Assembly: GCA_034780895.1 (NCBI GenBank) | Contig: JAUZTB010000033.1 | Location: 30,537,820-30,601,819, forward strand | Direction: 5' to 3' | Length of the DNA: 64,000 nucleotides | Source: Rhynchobatus australiae | Lineage: Eukaryota | Shown: in pieces, positions 61,832-64,000 of the stretch | Layout of the letters: each line of letters starts with the position of its first letter | How positions within the stretch are numbered: the stretch's first letter is position 1 | Position numbers and translations under genes: made by a program | The notes under the pieces: generated by a model | The model's database searches: none | What the model was told of the DNA's origin: nothing | Seen by the model: only the letters and a program-made list of their open reading frames with translations

Positions 61832-64000
61832 CAACAAACTTTGTTCAGTTCTAGGAGAATTTTGATGAAAGTTACCCAATTATGTCCAAGGGTACCAAGA
61901 CCTTGTACATTCCATTCTGAAAACTAGCAAGAGCAGATATAACCTCTAAACATATAACAACTTGAAGCTAGCCTGATTTTAGTTCAATGATATGATATGT
62001 AGTTATATTGAAGCTGCAAACAGACACAGGTTTACTGTACCCTAGTCTGTGAGCCAGTTAAACTTTCTTCTTCCCTTGAATGTGTTCAGATTGAAGATCA
62101 TTGTGGTAAAAATTGCAGGAACTTTGCTTAATTTCCCACACATAAATTTTTTATCTGTTTTGGTGGTTTACCACCTGGAAACTGGATTTCAAACCCTTTT
62201 AGTCTGCCGGTCATGTTTTGTGTAAATGCTGACTTGGATTTCTTAAAAAAGTTTGTGATCACAAGATAAGGGAGCAGAAGGCAGCCATTCGGCCCATCGA
62301 GCCCACTCCATGGAAATGGAAATGAGAGAGAGAAGTGGCGGGGGGAGGGGGAAGGCAAAAGAAGAGTTATGACATTCATCACACAGGTTCATGTGCTAAA
62401 ACAGGAACAGTGCAACTCCTGCGAGGACCTCTATGCAGAGATCACAGCCGACCGTTGAAAAGTGAATCAGTTCTAAACAAAACTCTCCTCATAGCAGCCA
62501 CAATACAGGTGGAGAAAAGGCTGCCATTGAGATAAGAAAATGCACAGAAGAGAGAGGGAGATCATGGTCTCCTTTGTACCTGGGCACTAGTTACATGGTC
62601 GTCCATCCTGCACAACTATTGTACTGCAATTGGCCCCAAGTTACCCCAAGTTATGGGCTGGTAAAGGAACCATTGATTGTAGCAAGCAACTCAGTAGTGG
62701 TCTGTACAAAGGGACTGCAATCAGTGAAGCAACCACCAATGAATCATTTTCCACAATGCTGGCCACTGAAAAGTGAAGCTGGCAAATGCTGTCAGTAAGA
62801 TATATCTTTATGACAGGCATTTAACTACTGTCACATTTCCAAACCCCGTGCAATGTCTTCCTAAATTTTTCTGTGAGAAGATCATAGGTGACACACAAAA
62901 GCCACCAATTCTGTCATGGGCACAAAAAACATGTGCCATGTGACCTGTGGCATAATTTGATGTGCAAATGATACAGGGTAAAACTCAATTGATTAAAATG
63001 AATTGATCATGGAAATGCCTGGGCCAGTTTCCTCAAATACTTAATTTCACCCAGAGGTGATCGCTATTTCAATCTATCCTGGCTAAGACCACTATTATTG
63101 GCACATTGAAAACATGCATAAGAGGTTCCAATTTCAACACTCAAGTTTCTGAATAGGCTCTTAATCTCTTTAGAAAGTTTTCACAGTGGCATGAGACATT
63201 GATCTTGCCCAACACAAGTTTTCACTGATGCTAATCAGAACCGAACACTTAGTTAAAGCTGGTAATTCTTCTCATCCCTCAACCCACAATGAAATTCTTG
63301 CCACCATATTTCTGTCTCCCGTTTATGATGGCACTCTTTTGCCTCCACCAATTTTATGACGCCATTCTTCATCTTACTTCTTCCTCTCAGAACACCTATA
63401 TTTGAGACCATTGCTGAGGAGTGACACCAAAGGAAGAGATACACACATGCTGAGAGACACCAATGAAGGAACCAGGAGTAACACTGTGGTAATAGTAAGT
63501 GATTCTGGAAGTGATTAAGTGAGTTACTTACCAGGAGTGCTACCAATAGGGATTGTTGCTAAAGGGAGGAGTTGCTTTTGCCTACAAATGCAGATAAGCG
63601 GGCACTGATTATTCATGACAAATACTGATTGCTGGCATTTATGCAGGGTCAGTTGCCTCATCTGTACCTGATTTCTGTGGCTCAGAACTACACTGGACTA
63701 TCACAGTAGCAGCAGATTCAAGCTTTCTTAATAGTTTAATGATCTTTTCAGATGGTTTGACATGTTATTTGTCACAAGACACAGTGCTGCATTTGTCCAG
63801 AATGTGTTGGAATTATGTCTCAAGACCAATTTGATTTGACCTGGATGCAATTGAGATGGTAACAAATTGATCCAAATCTCATCACGATGAGTTAGAAAAT
63901 ATTTTCAAAAGCCCGTCTTCATTTTTCACATCAATCTTGCCAGGTGCACACACTCAGTGGGTTTCACTTCAAGTGCTGGGACTGATTCAATCACAATATT

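Noticed and set aside
1-64000. CRISPR arrays, operons or prokaryotic defence systems
   Set aside because: The sequence is spliced vertebrate DNA. No regularly spaced repeat-spacer array or dense ORF cluster is present.

Overview
This is AT-rich, repeat-dense vertebrate DNA, most likely from a shark or ray, judged by HE1/V-SINE, SacSINE1/DeuSINE-like, CR1 and Penelope repeats of elasmobranch type. The only host protein-coding sequence I can support is two minus-strand exons of the SoxD transcription factor SOX6: the ATG-containing exon (52071-51829) and the next exon (26089-25879), separated by a 25,739-bp intron. The rest is apparently SOX6 intron or upstream sequence. It contains decayed CR1, L2, RTE, Rex1/Babar, Penelope and Gypsy relics, several SINE families, Tigger-like MITEs, a microsatellite and assembly gaps. 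The most notable observations are: (1) Penelope-derived repeats whose combined consensus rebuilds a minimal type-I hammerhead ribozyme; (2) a ~170-bp-arm, ~90% identical fold-back in the SOX6 intron; (3) a nested SINE/SINE/Penelope insertion cluster; (4) a hidden ~60-bp tandem array with nuclear-receptor DR0 and homeobox motifs; (5) candidate SOX6 enhancer and promoter motifs. I found no convincing new protein-coding system. Repeat family names come from memory of consensus sequences, and repeat boundaries are approximate.
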